Of a stretch of DNA of 64,000 nucleotides, positions 10,139-19,942 are shown one piece after another (position 1 is the first letter of the stretch; every line of letters begins with the position of its first letter). Location: the NCBI GenBank assembly GCA_965208105.1, contig OZ242318.1, positions 704,001-768,000 on the forward strand, given 5' to 3'. The stretch is from Candidatus Latescibacterota bacterium (GTDB lineage Bacteria; Latescibacterota; UBA2968; UBA8231). The translations under genes and the position numbers were made by a program. The notes under the pieces were generated by a model. That model searched no databases. It was not told the origin of the DNA and was given only the letters and a program-made list of their open reading frames with translations.

Positions 10139-10591
10139 ATGGCCAAAAGGGTCGATCATTTTGCCTTGACCGTCGGCGACCTGGAGCGCTCCCTGCGGTT
10201 CTACCGCGATTTGCTGGGACTTGAGGTGAAGGTGCGGCGCGTCTGGAACGAGGAGTACGTCCGCGAGATGGTCGGGTTCCCCGACGCCTCCATGGACATC
10301 GCCCTTCTCGCCCTTCCCGGGAGCGAGGACCAGCAGCTCGAGCTGATCGAGTATCAGCAGCCCCGGGCGCGGCCGACGCGCAATCAAATCAATGCCGCCG
10401 GCAGCGCCCACCTCTGCTTCATGGTGGACGATATCCAGGAGACTTACGATCGCCTGCGCCGGGAGGGAATCGAGTTCGTGTCCGCGCCGGTCGCCGTCCC
10501 CGTTGGCCCCAACAAGGGGAGGCGCACCGCCTATCTGCTGGACCCGGACGGGATCGTGGTGCAGTTGATGCAACCGGCCGGGGAGAAATAG
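10139..10591 (+). CDS. VOC/glyoxalase family protein
   Basis: DHFALTVGDLERSLRFYRDLLG...LELIEY...HLCFMVDD...YLLDPDG. Confidence 0.9.
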   Translation: MAKRVDHFALTVGDLERSLRFYRDLLGLEVKVRRVWNEEYVREMVGFPDASMDIALLALPGSEDQQLELIEYQQPRARPTRNQINAAGSAHLCFMVDDIQETYDRLRREGIEFVSAPVAVPVGPNKGRRTAYLLDPDGIVVQLMQPAGEK

Positions 10592-10821
10592 TTATATTCA
10601 CTGTCCTGGAAACGGAGACCGCCTTCATCGTGGCGGCGGCCGGCGACCCCGGTGACTGGGTGGCTTCCTTCCGCAAGAGCCCCGGCTTTCCCGCCCGCGA
10701 CTGGGCCCGGCGCATGGCCGACCTCTACAACCAGCGCCTTGCGGGGGACGTCCACTGTCCGGACGGCCCGGATCCGTCCGGGTCCTCCTTCCACCCGGAG
10801 GCCGACGGGGATTGCACCTGA
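10588..10821 (+). CDS. Small hypothetical protein (start uncertain: ATA 10588/10594 or GTG 10630)
   Basis: Fills an operon gap; (IVIFTVLETETAFIV)AAAGDPGDWVASFRKSPGFPARDWARRMADLYN with coding-like GC3. Confidence 0.5.
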   Translation: MVIFTVLETETAFIVAAAGDPGDWVASFRKSPGFPARDWARRMADLYNQRLAGDVHCPDGPDPSGSSFHPEADGDCT

Positions 10822-10865
10822 CCCTGCACTCGCAGCCCCACCGCCCTAGAGGAGATGCATTGTCC

Positions 10866-12035
10866 ATGACGACCCAACCAACCCACGCCGAGGAGCTGTC
10901 AGCGCGCAAGGAGCGCACCCGGGAGAGCCTGGAGGACATTCTCGTCGTGGATGTCGACGTCCACGTCCACGAAATCCCCTCCGAAATGGCGGCTTACTGC
11001 GACATGCCCTGGCGCAAATCGCTGCAGCGAATCGGAGCCATGCCCGACGACCGCTACCTCGATCTGCCGGGCTTTTCCCCGGGCAACAGCGCCTTCTCCG
11101 CGCCCTACCCGGGGGGACACGACGGCACCAGGGTGGTCACCTCGCCGGAGCAGATGCGGCAGGAGCTGGCGGAGTTCAGCATCGACCTCGCCGTCCTCTT
11201 TCCCGACCACCTGCTCAAGCTGGCGGTATTTCCCCAGGCCGACTACGCCGCCGCCCTCGCCCGCGCCTACAACGCCTGGCTCATCGACCGCTGGTGCCTG
11301 CGCCAGAGAGGCCTGCTGGGCTGCCTCATCGCCGCCCCCCAGGACCCAGAGGACGCGGCGCGGGAAATCGAGCGCTACGCCCGGGAGCCCGGGATCGTCG
11401 GCGTCTACCTCCCCACGGCGGGAGTTGACCCGCTCTGGGGCCACCGCAGCTACAACCCCATCTTCCAGGCAGCCCAGGACGCCGATCTGCCCGTCCTGCT
11501 GCACAGCGTCACGGTAGTTTTTCCTGTCTTCCCCTGCCAGGTGCACAAGTACGAAACCCCCTTCGCCAAGCACGCCGTCGCCCACACCTTCTCCATGATG
11601 GCCAACCTGGTGAGCCTGATCGAAACCGGGGTGCCCGAGCGCTTTCCCGACCTGCGCATCGCCTTCACCGAGTCGGGGCTTTCCTGGGTCCCCTTCATCA
11701 TGAACCGCCTCGACAAGGAATACATCGAGCACCGCCGCGAGATGCATTATCTGAGAAATCGGCCCAGCCAGTACATCAAGCAATTCTACTTCGCCACCCA
11801 GCCCCTGGAAGAGCCGGAAGATCCATCCGACATGGCCAAGCTGATCGAGATCTACGGCGGCGAGGACACCACCATGTTCGCCTCGGACTGGCCCCACCAC
11901 GACTTCGACCATCCGCGCCTGGCCTACCAGTTGCCCTTCACCGCTCCGGTGCGGCGCAAGATCATGGGGGAAAACGCGCTGAACTTCTTCAGGATCGACG
12001 CGGCCGGGCAACGCCTCAAGCTGAAGACAGGGTAG
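10866..12035 (+). CDS. Amidohydrolase_2 fold protein (PtmU3-like dinuclear oxygenase candidate)
   Basis: DVDVH, LLH, FTESG, FASDWPHHDFD metal-ligand pattern; directly followed by a Rieske gene. Confidence 0.8.
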   Translation: MTTQPTHAEELSARKERTRESLEDILVVDVDVHVHEIPSEMAAYCDMPWRKSLQRIGAMPDDRYLDLPGFSPGNSAFSAPYPGGHDGTRVVTSPEQMRQELAEFSIDLAVLFPDHLLKLAVFPQADYAAALARAYNAWLIDRWCLRQRGLLGCLIAAPQDPEDAAREIERYAREPGIVGVYLPTAGVDPLWGHRSYNPIFQAAQDADLPVLLHSVTVVFPVFPCQVHKYETPFAKHAVAHTFSMMANLVSLIETGVPERFPDLRIAFTESGLSWVPFIMNRLDKEYIEHRREMHYLRNRPSQYIKQFYFATQPLEEPEDPSDMAKLIEIYGGEDTTMFASDWPHHDFDHPRLAYQLPFTAPVRRKIMGENALNFFRIDAAGQRLKLKTG

Positions 12036-12038
12036 GGC

Positions 12039-12407
12039 ATGGCGAGGAAAACCCGGGAGTACACCGTCGCCGAGGCGGCGGAACTCCCCCCCGGCTCGCA
12101 GCGGGTGGTGCAGGTGGGCCGGCGCGAGATCGGCCTTTTCAACATCGGTGGGACCTTCCACGCCCTGCCCAACCTCTGCCCCCACCAGATCGGCCCCCTT
12201 TGCACCGGCAAGGTATCAGGCACCCTGGCATCGAGCAGGGAAAACGGCTGGAAGGTGGAGTGGGTCCACGAGGGCGAGATTCTCATCTGTCCCTGGCACG
12301 GCCTCGAGTACCACATCCCCAGCGGGCGCTGCCTGGCCTACCCCGAAGTCCGCCTGCGCAGCTACGAGGTCTGGGTGGAGAAGGGCATGGTCAAGCTCCG
12401 TCTCTAG
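12039..12407 (+). CDS. Rieske [2Fe-2S] ferredoxin
   Basis: CPH...CPWH motifs. Confidence 0.92.
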   Translation: MARKTREYTVAEAAELPPGSQRVVQVGRREIGLFNIGGTFHALPNLCPHQIGPLCTGKVSGTLASSRENGWKVEWVHEGEILICPWHGLEYHIPSGRCLAYPEVRLRSYEVWVEKGMVKLRL

Positions 12408-12445
12408 TTCTAGTCTGCCGGCCTTCACCTGAAGGAGACGCGAAG

Positions 12446-13573
12446 ATGAAGATCGCAAGTATCCAGGCATTTCCCCTTGCCTATCCGGAGCCCCACTACA
12501 AGGGGATCGAACGCTACATCACCCTGGCCCGGGTGGAATCCTCCGACGGCCTGGTGGGCTGGGGCGAGTGCATCTCCCAGTTCCGCGAGGCCTCGCTGGC
12601 CACCAGGATCGTCATCGAGCAGGGCTACGCGCCCCTTCTGGTCGGCGAGGACCCCCTCGAGGTCGAGCGCCTGTGGAACAGGATGCTGGACCACGTCTGG
12701 TGGTACGGCCCCGAGGGCATCGCCGCCTTCGGGGTCAGCGCCGTGGACATGGCGCTGTGGGACCTCAAGGGCAAGGCCCTGGGCCTGCCCGTGTCCTCTC
12801 TGCTGGGGGGCCGCCTGCACGACAAGGTGGTGGCCATGGGCTCCATCATTTTCGATATGGAGGACTTCGACTGGACCGTCGACGAGTTCCGCTGGATGAA
12901 GGACCAGGGCTACCGCGTGGTCAAGGCCGGCTGGGGAATGCGCCCCGAGGTGGTGTTCGGCATGGACCGCAAGCGCGACATCGAGATAGTGAGCGCGGTG
13001 CGCCGGGTCATCGGCGACGCTCTCGAGCTGGTGGTGGATACGCCGGGAGGCTGGAACATATGGGACGTGCCCACCGCCATCCAGCGCTTCGGCGACCTCG
13101 AGCCCTTCAACCTGCGCTGGATCGAGCAGCCCCTGCTCCCGCGCGACCTCGAGGCCCACGCCCGCCTGCGCGCGGCGGTGGCCATCCCCATCGGCACAGG
13201 CGAGGACGAGTGGAACGTGGAGAGCTACTCCCGCCTGGTCCACTCGGGGGGTGTGGACGTGGTGCAGATGGACCCGGGCCGCTGCCACGGCATCAGCGGC
13301 TGCCGCCACGTGATCAAGCTCATCGAGGCGCAGAACCTGCAGTGGAGCGCCCATACCTGGAGCAGCGCCCTCAACACCGCCGCCAGCGTGCACCTGATGG
13401 CCAACTCGACCCGCGGGGTTGCCATGGACTTCAAGCCCCACGAATCTCCCATGCAGCACGAGCTGGTGAGCGATCCATGGGTCCAGGAAGACGGTTGCCT
13501 GGCGGTGCGGGACCAGCCGGGGCTCGGGGTCGAGGTGCGCGAAGAAATCGTGCAGAAGTACCTGTTTGACTGA
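12446..13573 (+). CDS. Mandelate racemase/muconate lactonizing (enolase superfamily) enzyme
   Basis: GWGE, SAVDMALWDLKGK, D/WIEQP/GEDE metal ligands, PGLG; AAGGAG RBS. Confidence 0.88.
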   Translation: MKIASIQAFPLAYPEPHYKGIERYITLARVESSDGLVGWGECISQFREASLATRIVIEQGYAPLLVGEDPLEVERLWNRMLDHVWWYGPEGIAAFGVSAVDMALWDLKGKALGLPVSSLLGGRLHDKVVAMGSIIFDMEDFDWTVDEFRWMKDQGYRVVKAGWGMRPEVVFGMDRKRDIEIVSAVRRVIGDALELVVDTPGGWNIWDVPTAIQRFGDLEPFNLRWIEQPLLPRDLEAHARLRAAVAIPIGTGEDEWNVESYSRLVHSGGVDVVQMDPGRCHGISGCRHVIKLIEAQNLQWSAHTWSSALNTAASVHLMANSTRGVAMDFKPHESPMQHELVSDPWVQEDGCLAVRDQPGLGVEVREEIVQKYLFD

Positions 13574-13617
13574 GAGGCGGTATTTCCATAGTATTGCCAG
13601 CCTTGAAGGAGGAGGTA

Positions 13618-14439
13618 ATGGCCGACCCTCAATCTGCTCCGCGCCGGGCCCTCGTCACCGGCGGGGCCAACGGCTTCGGCCTGGCCACCGCCCGCGCCCT
13701 TCTCGCCCAGGGGGGTCAGGTGGCCATCGGCGACATCGACGCCGCCCAGCTGGACAGGGCCGCCCGGAGCCTGGCCAGCGACCAGGTGCTGCCCCTGGAA
13801 CTGGACGTCACCTCCCGCGCTTCGGCCGAAGCGGCGGTGGAAGCCTGCCGGAGCAGCTTCGGGGGCCTGGACACCCTGGTCAACTCGGCCGGGGTCATCC
13901 ACTTCGGCTTCCTGGAAGAGATCGGCGAGGAGGACTGGGACCGGGTCATCGACGTGGACCTCAAGGGGGTCTTCCTGTGCTGCCAGGCGGCCTCGGCGCT
14001 GCTGCGCGAGAGCGGCCGCCGCGGCCGCATCGTCAACATCGGCTCGGACGCCAGCAAGATCGGCTGGCCCATTATTTCGGTCTACTGCGCCGCCAAATTC
14101 GGCGTGGTGGGCCTCACCAAGTCCCTGGCGGGTGAATTCGCCCCCTCCGGAGTCACCGTCAACTGCGTCTGCCCCGCCGGCGTTTCGACCACGGGAATGG
14201 GGCAGGACGTCCTGGCGTGGAAGAAGGAAGCCACCAGCAAAGATCCCCGGGACATCCTGGCGGCCACCGCCGCGGAGATCCCCCTCGGGCGCAACCCCAC
14301 CGAGGACGACATCGTCAACGCCATCATGTTCTTCCTCGCCGACGCCTCGGACTTCATAACCGGGGTTGCCCTCGACGTCGAAGGCGGCCTGATCAGCACG
14401 ACCACGGCCATGCCCGGCGCGGCCGGGGAGCCCCCGTAG
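13618..14439 (+). CDS. SDR family oxidoreductase
   Basis: TGGANGFG, VNSAG, YCAAK. Confidence 0.92.
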   Translation: MADPQSAPRRALVTGGANGFGLATARALLAQGGQVAIGDIDAAQLDRAARSLASDQVLPLELDVTSRASAEAAVEACRSSFGGLDTLVNSAGVIHFGFLEEIGEEDWDRVIDVDLKGVFLCCQAASALLRESGRRGRIVNIGSDASKIGWPIISVYCAAKFGVVGLTKSLAGEFAPSGVTVNCVCPAGVSTTGMGQDVLAWKKEATSKDPRDILAATAAEIPLGRNPTEDDIVNAIMFFLADASDFITGVALDVEGGLISTTTAMPGAAGEPP

Positions 14440-14471
14440 TCACGAGCCCATCCAACGAGGAGAACAACCCC

Positions 14472-14840
14472 ATGCAACGAGTCGCCTTCATCCTGCGAGT
14501 CAAGGAAGGCCACGAGGAGGAGTACATCCGCCGCCACCGGGAGATCTGGCCCCAGATCCTGGACGATCTCGAACGGGCGCGGGTGCACAAGATGAGCATC
14601 TTCATGTCCGGCCTCCAGCTCTTCCTCTACATGGAGGTGGAGGACTACGCCGAAGCCGCCCGCGTCCTCGGCGAAAGCCCCGAGTCCATGCGCTGGGAGG
14701 AGTACATGGCGCCGATCATGGAGGACGCCGCGGGAGGCGACTACGACCCGCAGAACGCCTATCCCGACGGATTGCCCGAGGTCTTCTACTGGGAGAGCCG
14801 GGGCGGCAATTCTTCACCGAAAGGAACGAACCGTGAGTGA
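14472..14840 (+). CDS. L-rhamnose mutarotase family protein
   Basis: EEYIRRHREIWP...SIF...LFLYME...RWEEYM...LPEVF. Confidence 0.85.
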   Translation: MQRVAFILRVKEGHEEEYIRRHREIWPQILDDLERARVHKMSIFMSGLQLFLYMEVEDYAEAARVLGESPESMRWEEYMAPIMEDAAGGDYDPQNAYPDGLPEVFYWESRGGNSSPKGTNRE

Positions 14841-15663
14841 CATCAAGCTGGCCGGCGCGGCCTGGTCCTTCGTCGGAACCTCCCTGGCCGAATCCGCCGC
14901 CATCTGGCGCGCCCTGGGCATCGGGGCCATGGACCTGATCGCGGTGACCGGGATGGGCATGGACCCGGCGGCCATCGACCGCGACCCCAGGGGGCAGGCG
15001 GGGCTGGCCGCTGCCCCGGGCCTGGAGCTGAGCAACCTTCTCTACCTCTTCGGCGAGGACTTCCAGGACCGCGCCATCAACTCGGCCGACCCCGAGGTGC
15101 GCGCCCGCAACACCGCCACCCTCGGGAACGTGCTGGACTTCTGCGTCGCGGCACGCATTCCATCCCTGCTGGTCCTGCCCGGGGTGGACCAGCCCGGCAT
15201 GAGCCACCGGGAATCCCTGGAGCTCTCGGCCCAGGTGCTCACCGAGATGAGCGCCTCGGCCTCCGAGGCCGGGGTCCTGCTGGTCTTCGAGCCCCACATC
15301 GATTCCCACCTGGAGGACCCGGCGGAGACTCTAGCGTTCCTGCAGGAGAACCCCCACCTCAGGATCGCCCTCGACTACGCCCACTTCATCGCCCAGGGCT
15401 ACAAGGCCGCCGACGTCGATCCCCTGGTTCCCTACGCCGGACACTTCCACCTGCGCCAGGGCGCCGACAAGCAGCTGCAGGCGCGCTGGGACGACGGCGA
15501 GATCGACTTCACCGCGGTGGTCGGCAAGCTCAAGGAGGCCGGCTACCAGGGCTACCTGACCCTGGAGTACGAGCACGAACCGGGGTGGATGGACATGGAC
15601 AGGTGCGACGTGATAACCGAGTCCATCAAGATGCGCGACCTGGTCCTGCCGCTGCTGTCATGA
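14833..15663 (+). CDS. Sugar phosphate isomerase/epimerase (xylose isomerase-like TIM barrel)
   Basis: FEPH, LDYAH, HFHLR, GEIDF, GYQGYLTLEY. Confidence 0.85.
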   Translation: MSDIKLAGAAWSFVGTSLAESAAIWRALGIGAMDLIAVTGMGMDPAAIDRDPRGQAGLAAAPGLELSNLLYLFGEDFQDRAINSADPEVRARNTATLGNVLDFCVAARIPSLLVLPGVDQPGMSHRESLELSAQVLTEMSASASEAGVLLVFEPHIDSHLEDPAETLAFLQENPHLRIALDYAHFIAQGYKAADVDPLVPYAGHFHLRQGADKQLQARWDDGEIDFTAVVGKLKEAGYQGYLTLEYEHEPGWMDMDRCDVITESIKMRDLVLPLLS

Positions 15664-15712
15664 ACCGCCCGGGCCCCGTTTCCTCTCACCTCCCCCAACA
15701 GGAATCCGCCGC

Positions 15713-16783
15713 ATGGCCGCAAAAGCCCGGATAGGAATCATCGGCACCGGATGGTGGGCGACCACCGCCCATTTCCCCGCCGTCATCGCGCACCCCGACG
15801 CCGAGCTCGCCGCCGCCGCCGACATCCGCCCGGAGGTGCTGGCCCAGGCCGCCGCCAAGTACGGAGTCGAGCGCACCTACACCGACTACCGCGAGATGCT
15901 CGACCGCGAAAGACTCGACGGGGTCGTCGTCGCCGTCTACCACGCCGCCCATTTCGAGGTAGCCCGGGCCTGCCTGCAGCGCGGTCTCCACGTCATGCTG
16001 GAGAAGCCCATGGTGCTCAGCGCGGACCACGCGCGCCGACTGGTGGAGCTGGCGCGGCGGCAGAAGCGCGAGCTGATCGTGGGCTACCCCTGGCACTACA
16101 CCCCCCACACCTTGAGGGCGCGCGAGCTGCTGCAGTCGGGCGAGCTGGGCGAGGTCCGCTACATCAACTCCATGTTCGCATCCATGGTCCTCGCCCTCTA
16201 CCGCGGCGAGGACCGCAGCTACGAGTCCTTCTTCCAGTACCCCGTGGTGGGCCCCGGAGACGTCTACAGCGACCCGGAGCGCTCCGGCGGCGGCCAGGGC
16301 CACCTGCAGGTGACCCACTCGGCGGCGCTCGTATTCTTCATGACCGGGCTCAGGCCCGTCACCGTCATGGCCCTGATGGACAACATGGACACCAGGGTGG
16401 ACGTCACCGATGCCTGCGTCGCGCGGATGGACAACGGCGCCCTGGTCACGGTGGGCAGCACCGGGGCCATACCCGCCAACGACGTGGAGCAGCTCGAAAC
16501 CCGGATCTACTGCGACAGGGGCTGGATCGACATCTCCTCATTCGCCGGGACCATGCGCGTCAGCCATCCCGACCGCAGAATCGAGACCCTACCGCCCCTG
16601 GAGGGAGAGGACGAGATCTACCCCATGCAGGCAACGGCGGCCAACCTGGTCGATGTGATCAACGGCACCGCCGCCAACGGCTCGCCCCCGGAGATCGGCT
16701 GGCGCACGGTGGAGTTCCTCGACGCCGCCTACCGCTCGGCGGCAAAGGGCGGCGAAGCGGTGGAGGTGGACTCGCTGTACTAG
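15713..16783 (+). CDS. Gfo/Idh/MocA family oxidoreductase
   Basis: IGIIGTG, HVMLEKP, SGGG..H. Confidence 0.9.
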   Translation: MAAKARIGIIGTGWWATTAHFPAVIAHPDAELAAAADIRPEVLAQAAAKYGVERTYTDYREMLDRERLDGVVVAVYHAAHFEVARACLQRGLHVMLEKPMVLSADHARRLVELARRQKRELIVGYPWHYTPHTLRARELLQSGELGEVRYINSMFASMVLALYRGEDRSYESFFQYPVVGPGDVYSDPERSGGGQGHLQVTHSAALVFFMTGLRPVTVMALMDNMDTRVDVTDACVARMDNGALVTVGSTGAIPANDVEQLETRIYCDRGWIDISSFAGTMRVSHPDRRIETLPPLEGEDEIYPMQATAANLVDVINGTAANGSPPEIGWRTVEFLDAAYRSAAKGGEAVEVDSLY

Positions 16784-16918
16784 GGCAAGGATTATTGAAG
16801 GGGAGAATGCCGGGGATCCAAGGCGGCATCGGACTGGGCGACCAGATCCGCGTTGAAGGCTTCTAAAACCCGCGGCAGGGTCGCCATCACAAAGTCATCA
16901 CGGGAGCATAACCACAAC

Positions 16919-17941
16919 ATGACCACGGCAACAGAAACCGGGCGCGGCACCAAGATTTCCTGGTACCGCACCCCCATATCCAGAGACCTGCTCAACGAGC
17001 TCAACCAGCGCAGCGACTGGCGCGGTCTGCTGCAGACCGTGGGCTTTCTGGGTGTGCTCACCCTTACCGGGGCGGTTGCCTGGTTCGCCTCGGTGCGCCT
17101 CTCCTGGCCCTGGTTCCTTCTCGCCCTGCTAGCCCACGGAACGGTTTACGGCTTCGTCATCAACGGCTTCCACGAGCTCTGCCACCGCACCGTATTCCGC
17201 ACGCGCTGGCTCAATGCCTTCTTCCTCAACATCTACAGCTTCATCGGCTGGTACAATCCCGTGCTCTTCTGGGCCAGCCACAGCGCCCATCACAAGTACA
17301 CTCTGCATCCCCCCGACGACCTCGAGGTGGTGCTGCCGACGAAGTTGAGGCTGAAGGACTATCTCAAGTTCGCCCTGGTGAACCCCTGGAGACTCGGGAC
17401 GACCATGAAAAGGGTCATCCGCCATTGCCGGGGACGGGTGGAGGAAGGGTGGAACACCTCTCTGTTCCCTCCCGATGACCGGGTTGGACGACGGCGGCTC
17501 TTCCGCTTCGACCGCTTCCTGCTGGTCGGCCACGCTGCTATTGCGGCGGTTTCGCTCTACAGCGGCCACTGGCAGCCCATCGTCCTGATCACCCTGGGCT
17601 CCTTCTACGGCGGCTGGCTGTTCTTCCTCTGCAACACCACCCAGCACATCGGCTTGAGCGACCAGGTAACCGACTTCCGCCTGTGCACCCGCACCATCCT
17701 GCTCGGCCCCTTCGTGGGCTTTCTCTACTGGCACATGCACTACCACATCGAGCACCACATGTACGCCGCGGTACCCTGCTACCGGCTCAAGCGCCTGCAC
17801 CAAGCCGTCGCCCACGACCTGCCGCCGTGCAGCCGCGGCCTGGTCGCCAACTGGCGGCAGATCATCGCCATTCTCAGGCGCCAGCGCTCCGATCCCGGCT
17901 ACCAGTTCGTTCCCGAGCTTCCTTCGCGCAATCCAGGCTGA
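16919..17941 (+). CDS. Membrane fatty acid desaturase/hydroxylase family protein
   Basis: His boxes HELCH, HSAHH, YHIEHH. Confidence 0.88.
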   Translation: MTTATETGRGTKISWYRTPISRDLLNELNQRSDWRGLLQTVGFLGVLTLTGAVAWFASVRLSWPWFLLALLAHGTVYGFVINGFHELCHRTVFRTRWLNAFFLNIYSFIGWYNPVLFWASHSAHHKYTLHPPDDLEVVLPTKLRLKDYLKFALVNPWRLGTTMKRVIRHCRGRVEEGWNTSLFPPDDRVGRRRLFRFDRFLLVGHAAIAAVSLYSGHWQPIVLITLGSFYGGWLFFLCNTTQHIGLSDQVTDFRLCTRTILLGPFVGFLYWHMHYHIEHHMYAAVPCYRLKRLHQAVAHDLPPCSRGLVANWRQIIAILRRQRSDPGYQFVPELPSRNPG

Positions 17942-17993
17942 CCCCGTCCCAGCCCGCGCAGCTCCTCCTCAGTTGCTCGGCCGATGCATCTAC

Positions 17994-18419
17994 TCACGCG
18001 GCGCTGCATCCCGCCCCCGCTGAGGACGCCTCGGCTACCACCGCAACCGCTTCGATCTCGATGAGCCACTCCGGGTCGATGAGCCGGGCAACCTGGACCA
18101 GGGTGCTGGCGGGATAGGGTTCGTTGAAGAACTCGCGGCGCACCTCGTGTATGGTCGCGACCTCGCTGACATCGGTCACCAGCACGGTGACCTTCACCAC
18201 GTCGTCCATGGTGGCGCCGGCGTGGGCCAGCACGGTGCGGATGTTCTCGAGCACCTGCCGGGTCTGGGCCTCCATGCTGTTTCCGCCGACGGTTTCGCCG
18301 TTCTCGTCCTGGGCCACGCAACCGGACACGTGCAGCACCCTGCCGGGGGGCTGCCATGCGGCGCTGGAAAACGCTCCGAAGGGCTTGACCACCCCCGGCG
18401 CGTTGAATGCGTCTGCCAT
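17994..18419 (-). CDS. RidA (YjgF/YER057c/UK114) family protein
   Basis: SG..A, VVKVTV, R..FF..PYPAST, LIEIEAVA. Confidence 0.9.
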   Translation of the reverse strand: MADAFNAPGVVKPFGAFSSAAWQPPGRVLHVSGCVAQDENGETVGGNSMEAQTRQVLENIRTVLAHAGATMDDVVKVTVLVTDVSEVATIHEVRREFFNEPYPASTLVQVARLIDPEWLIEIEAVAVVAEASSAGAGCSAA

Positions 18420-18505
18420 CTATCACTCCTCGGGAAGTTGACTGAGAGCTGCCCCGGTCGCGGGGTTGAGCGAGGTCACCGCGAACCCGGAAGGCTGCGC
18501 CCAGG

Positions 18506-19939
18506 TTATATGGGGGGATGCATGCGGTGCCAGCCGCTGGCCTGCTCGAAGGCGTGGCCCACCCGGCACAGCAGGGGCTCGGCCAGGTGGCGGGCGGCGA
18601 TCTGAAGACTCAGCGGCAGGCCTTCGCTGTGCATGCCGCAGGGCACCGACAGGGTGGGACCGCCGCTGAAGTTGAAAGGCGCCGTGAAGCGCTGCAGCCT
18701 GGAGTCGCGGTCCCGCGGCATGGGGCCGTAGAGTTCATCCGGGGTGACCGCATGGGGCAGGGCGGCCATGGTCGGGGAGACGAGCAGATCGACCTGGGCA
18801 AAGACCCGGCGCAGGTGGCCGGTGCACTCGGACCTGAGCTTGTCGGCCCTGGCGTACTGCGCCCCGGTGACCTTGGAGCCCATGTCGAGCCAGTCCCGGA
18901 ACCAGGGGCCGTAGTCCCCTCTCCGGGACGGATAGGTCTCCTCGTGGGCCGCCGCGGCCTCGGCCGAACAGAGAACGGGCCACGCCGGGGAATACTGGTC
19001 CATGTCGGGCAGCTGCACCTCCACCAGCTCGGCCCCGAGTTCCTCCAGAACCTCGATTGCCTGGAGAACGGCGACGGAGATTTCAGGGTCGATCCCATCT
19101 GTGGCGAAGCGGGCGTCGTACCCCATGCGGAGGCCGGCCATACCCTTGTCGACGTCGGCGAGCATGTCGGGAACGGGGTCCGGCAGGGAGGTGGGATCGT
19201 TGGGATCGAAGCCGGCGATGGCCTGCAGCACGAGTCCGGCATCGGCAGTGCTCCGGGTCATCGGCCCCACGTGGTCCAGGGATTCGGCCAGCGCGAGTAC
19301 GCCGTGGCGGCTCACCCTGCCCCAGGTGGGTTTGAGACCCGCCAGGCCGCAGCAGGCCGAAGGGTAGCGGATCGAGCCCCCCGTATCGCTCCCCAGCGAG
19401 CCGAAGCACAGGCCCGCCGCCGTCGCCACCCCCGAGCCGCTTGAGGAGGTCCCGGTCCAGCGGCTCGAGTTCCATGGATTGAGCGGAATGTCGAAGGCGG
19501 AGTGATACCCCCCCATGGCCCCTTCGGAGAGGTTGAGCTTGCCGAGGACCACGGCCCCGGCCGCCGCGAGTCTGGTCACCACGGTGGCGTCGAAGTCGGG
19601 CACGTGCCGCGCCAGCACCTCCGTGCCGCCCATGGTGCGCACTCCCCTGGTGAAGCACAGGTCCTTGACCGCTATGGGGACCCCGTGCAGGGGGCCGCGC
19701 CAGGAACCGGAGGCGATCTCGCGCTCGGCCGCGGCGGCGGCTGCCAGGGCGTGATCCGCCATGACCGTGGCATAGCTTTTGAGGCGTCCGTCCAGCTCCC
19801 CTATGCGCTGCAGCGAGGTCTCCGTCAGCTCAACCGGCGACAACTGTTTCTTCCGAATCAGCTCGGCGGCCTGCTGAATGGTCTTGTAGTGGAGCGGAGT
19901 TTCTTCCTTGCGCGAAGTCCGAACGGCAGCTTGGTCCAT
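18506..19939 (-). CDS. Amidase signature family protein
   Basis: GPLHGVPIAVKD, TGTSSSGSG, LGSDTGGSIRYP. Confidence 0.92.
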   Translation of the reverse strand: MDQAAVRTSRKEETPLHYKTIQQAAELIRKKQLSPVELTETSLQRIGELDGRLKSYATVMADHALAAAAAAEREIASGSWRGPLHGVPIAVKDLCFTRGVRTMGGTEVLARHVPDFDATVVTRLAAAGAVVLGKLNLSEGAMGGYHSAFDIPLNPWNSSRWTGTSSSGSGVATAAGLCFGSLGSDTGGSIRYPSACCGLAGLKPTWGRVSRHGVLALAESLDHVGPMTRSTADAGLVLQAIAGFDPNDPTSLPDPVPDMLADVDKGMAGLRMGYDARFATDGIDPEISVAVLQAIEVLEELGAELVEVQLPDMDQYSPAWPVLCSAEAAAAHEETYPSRRGDYGPWFRDWLDMGSKVTGAQYARADKLRSECTGHLRRVFAQVDLLVSPTMAALPHAVTPDELYGPMPRDRDSRLQRFTAPFNFSGGPTLSVPCGMHSEGLPLSLQIAARHLAEPLLCRVGHAFEQASGWHRMHPPI

Positions 19940-19942
19940 GGT

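Noticed and set aside
10813-10848. Selenocysteine read-through at TGC-ACC-TGA-CCC-TGC
   Set aside because: No redox-protein context or convincing SECIS hairpin; the extension would be only ~9 aa.
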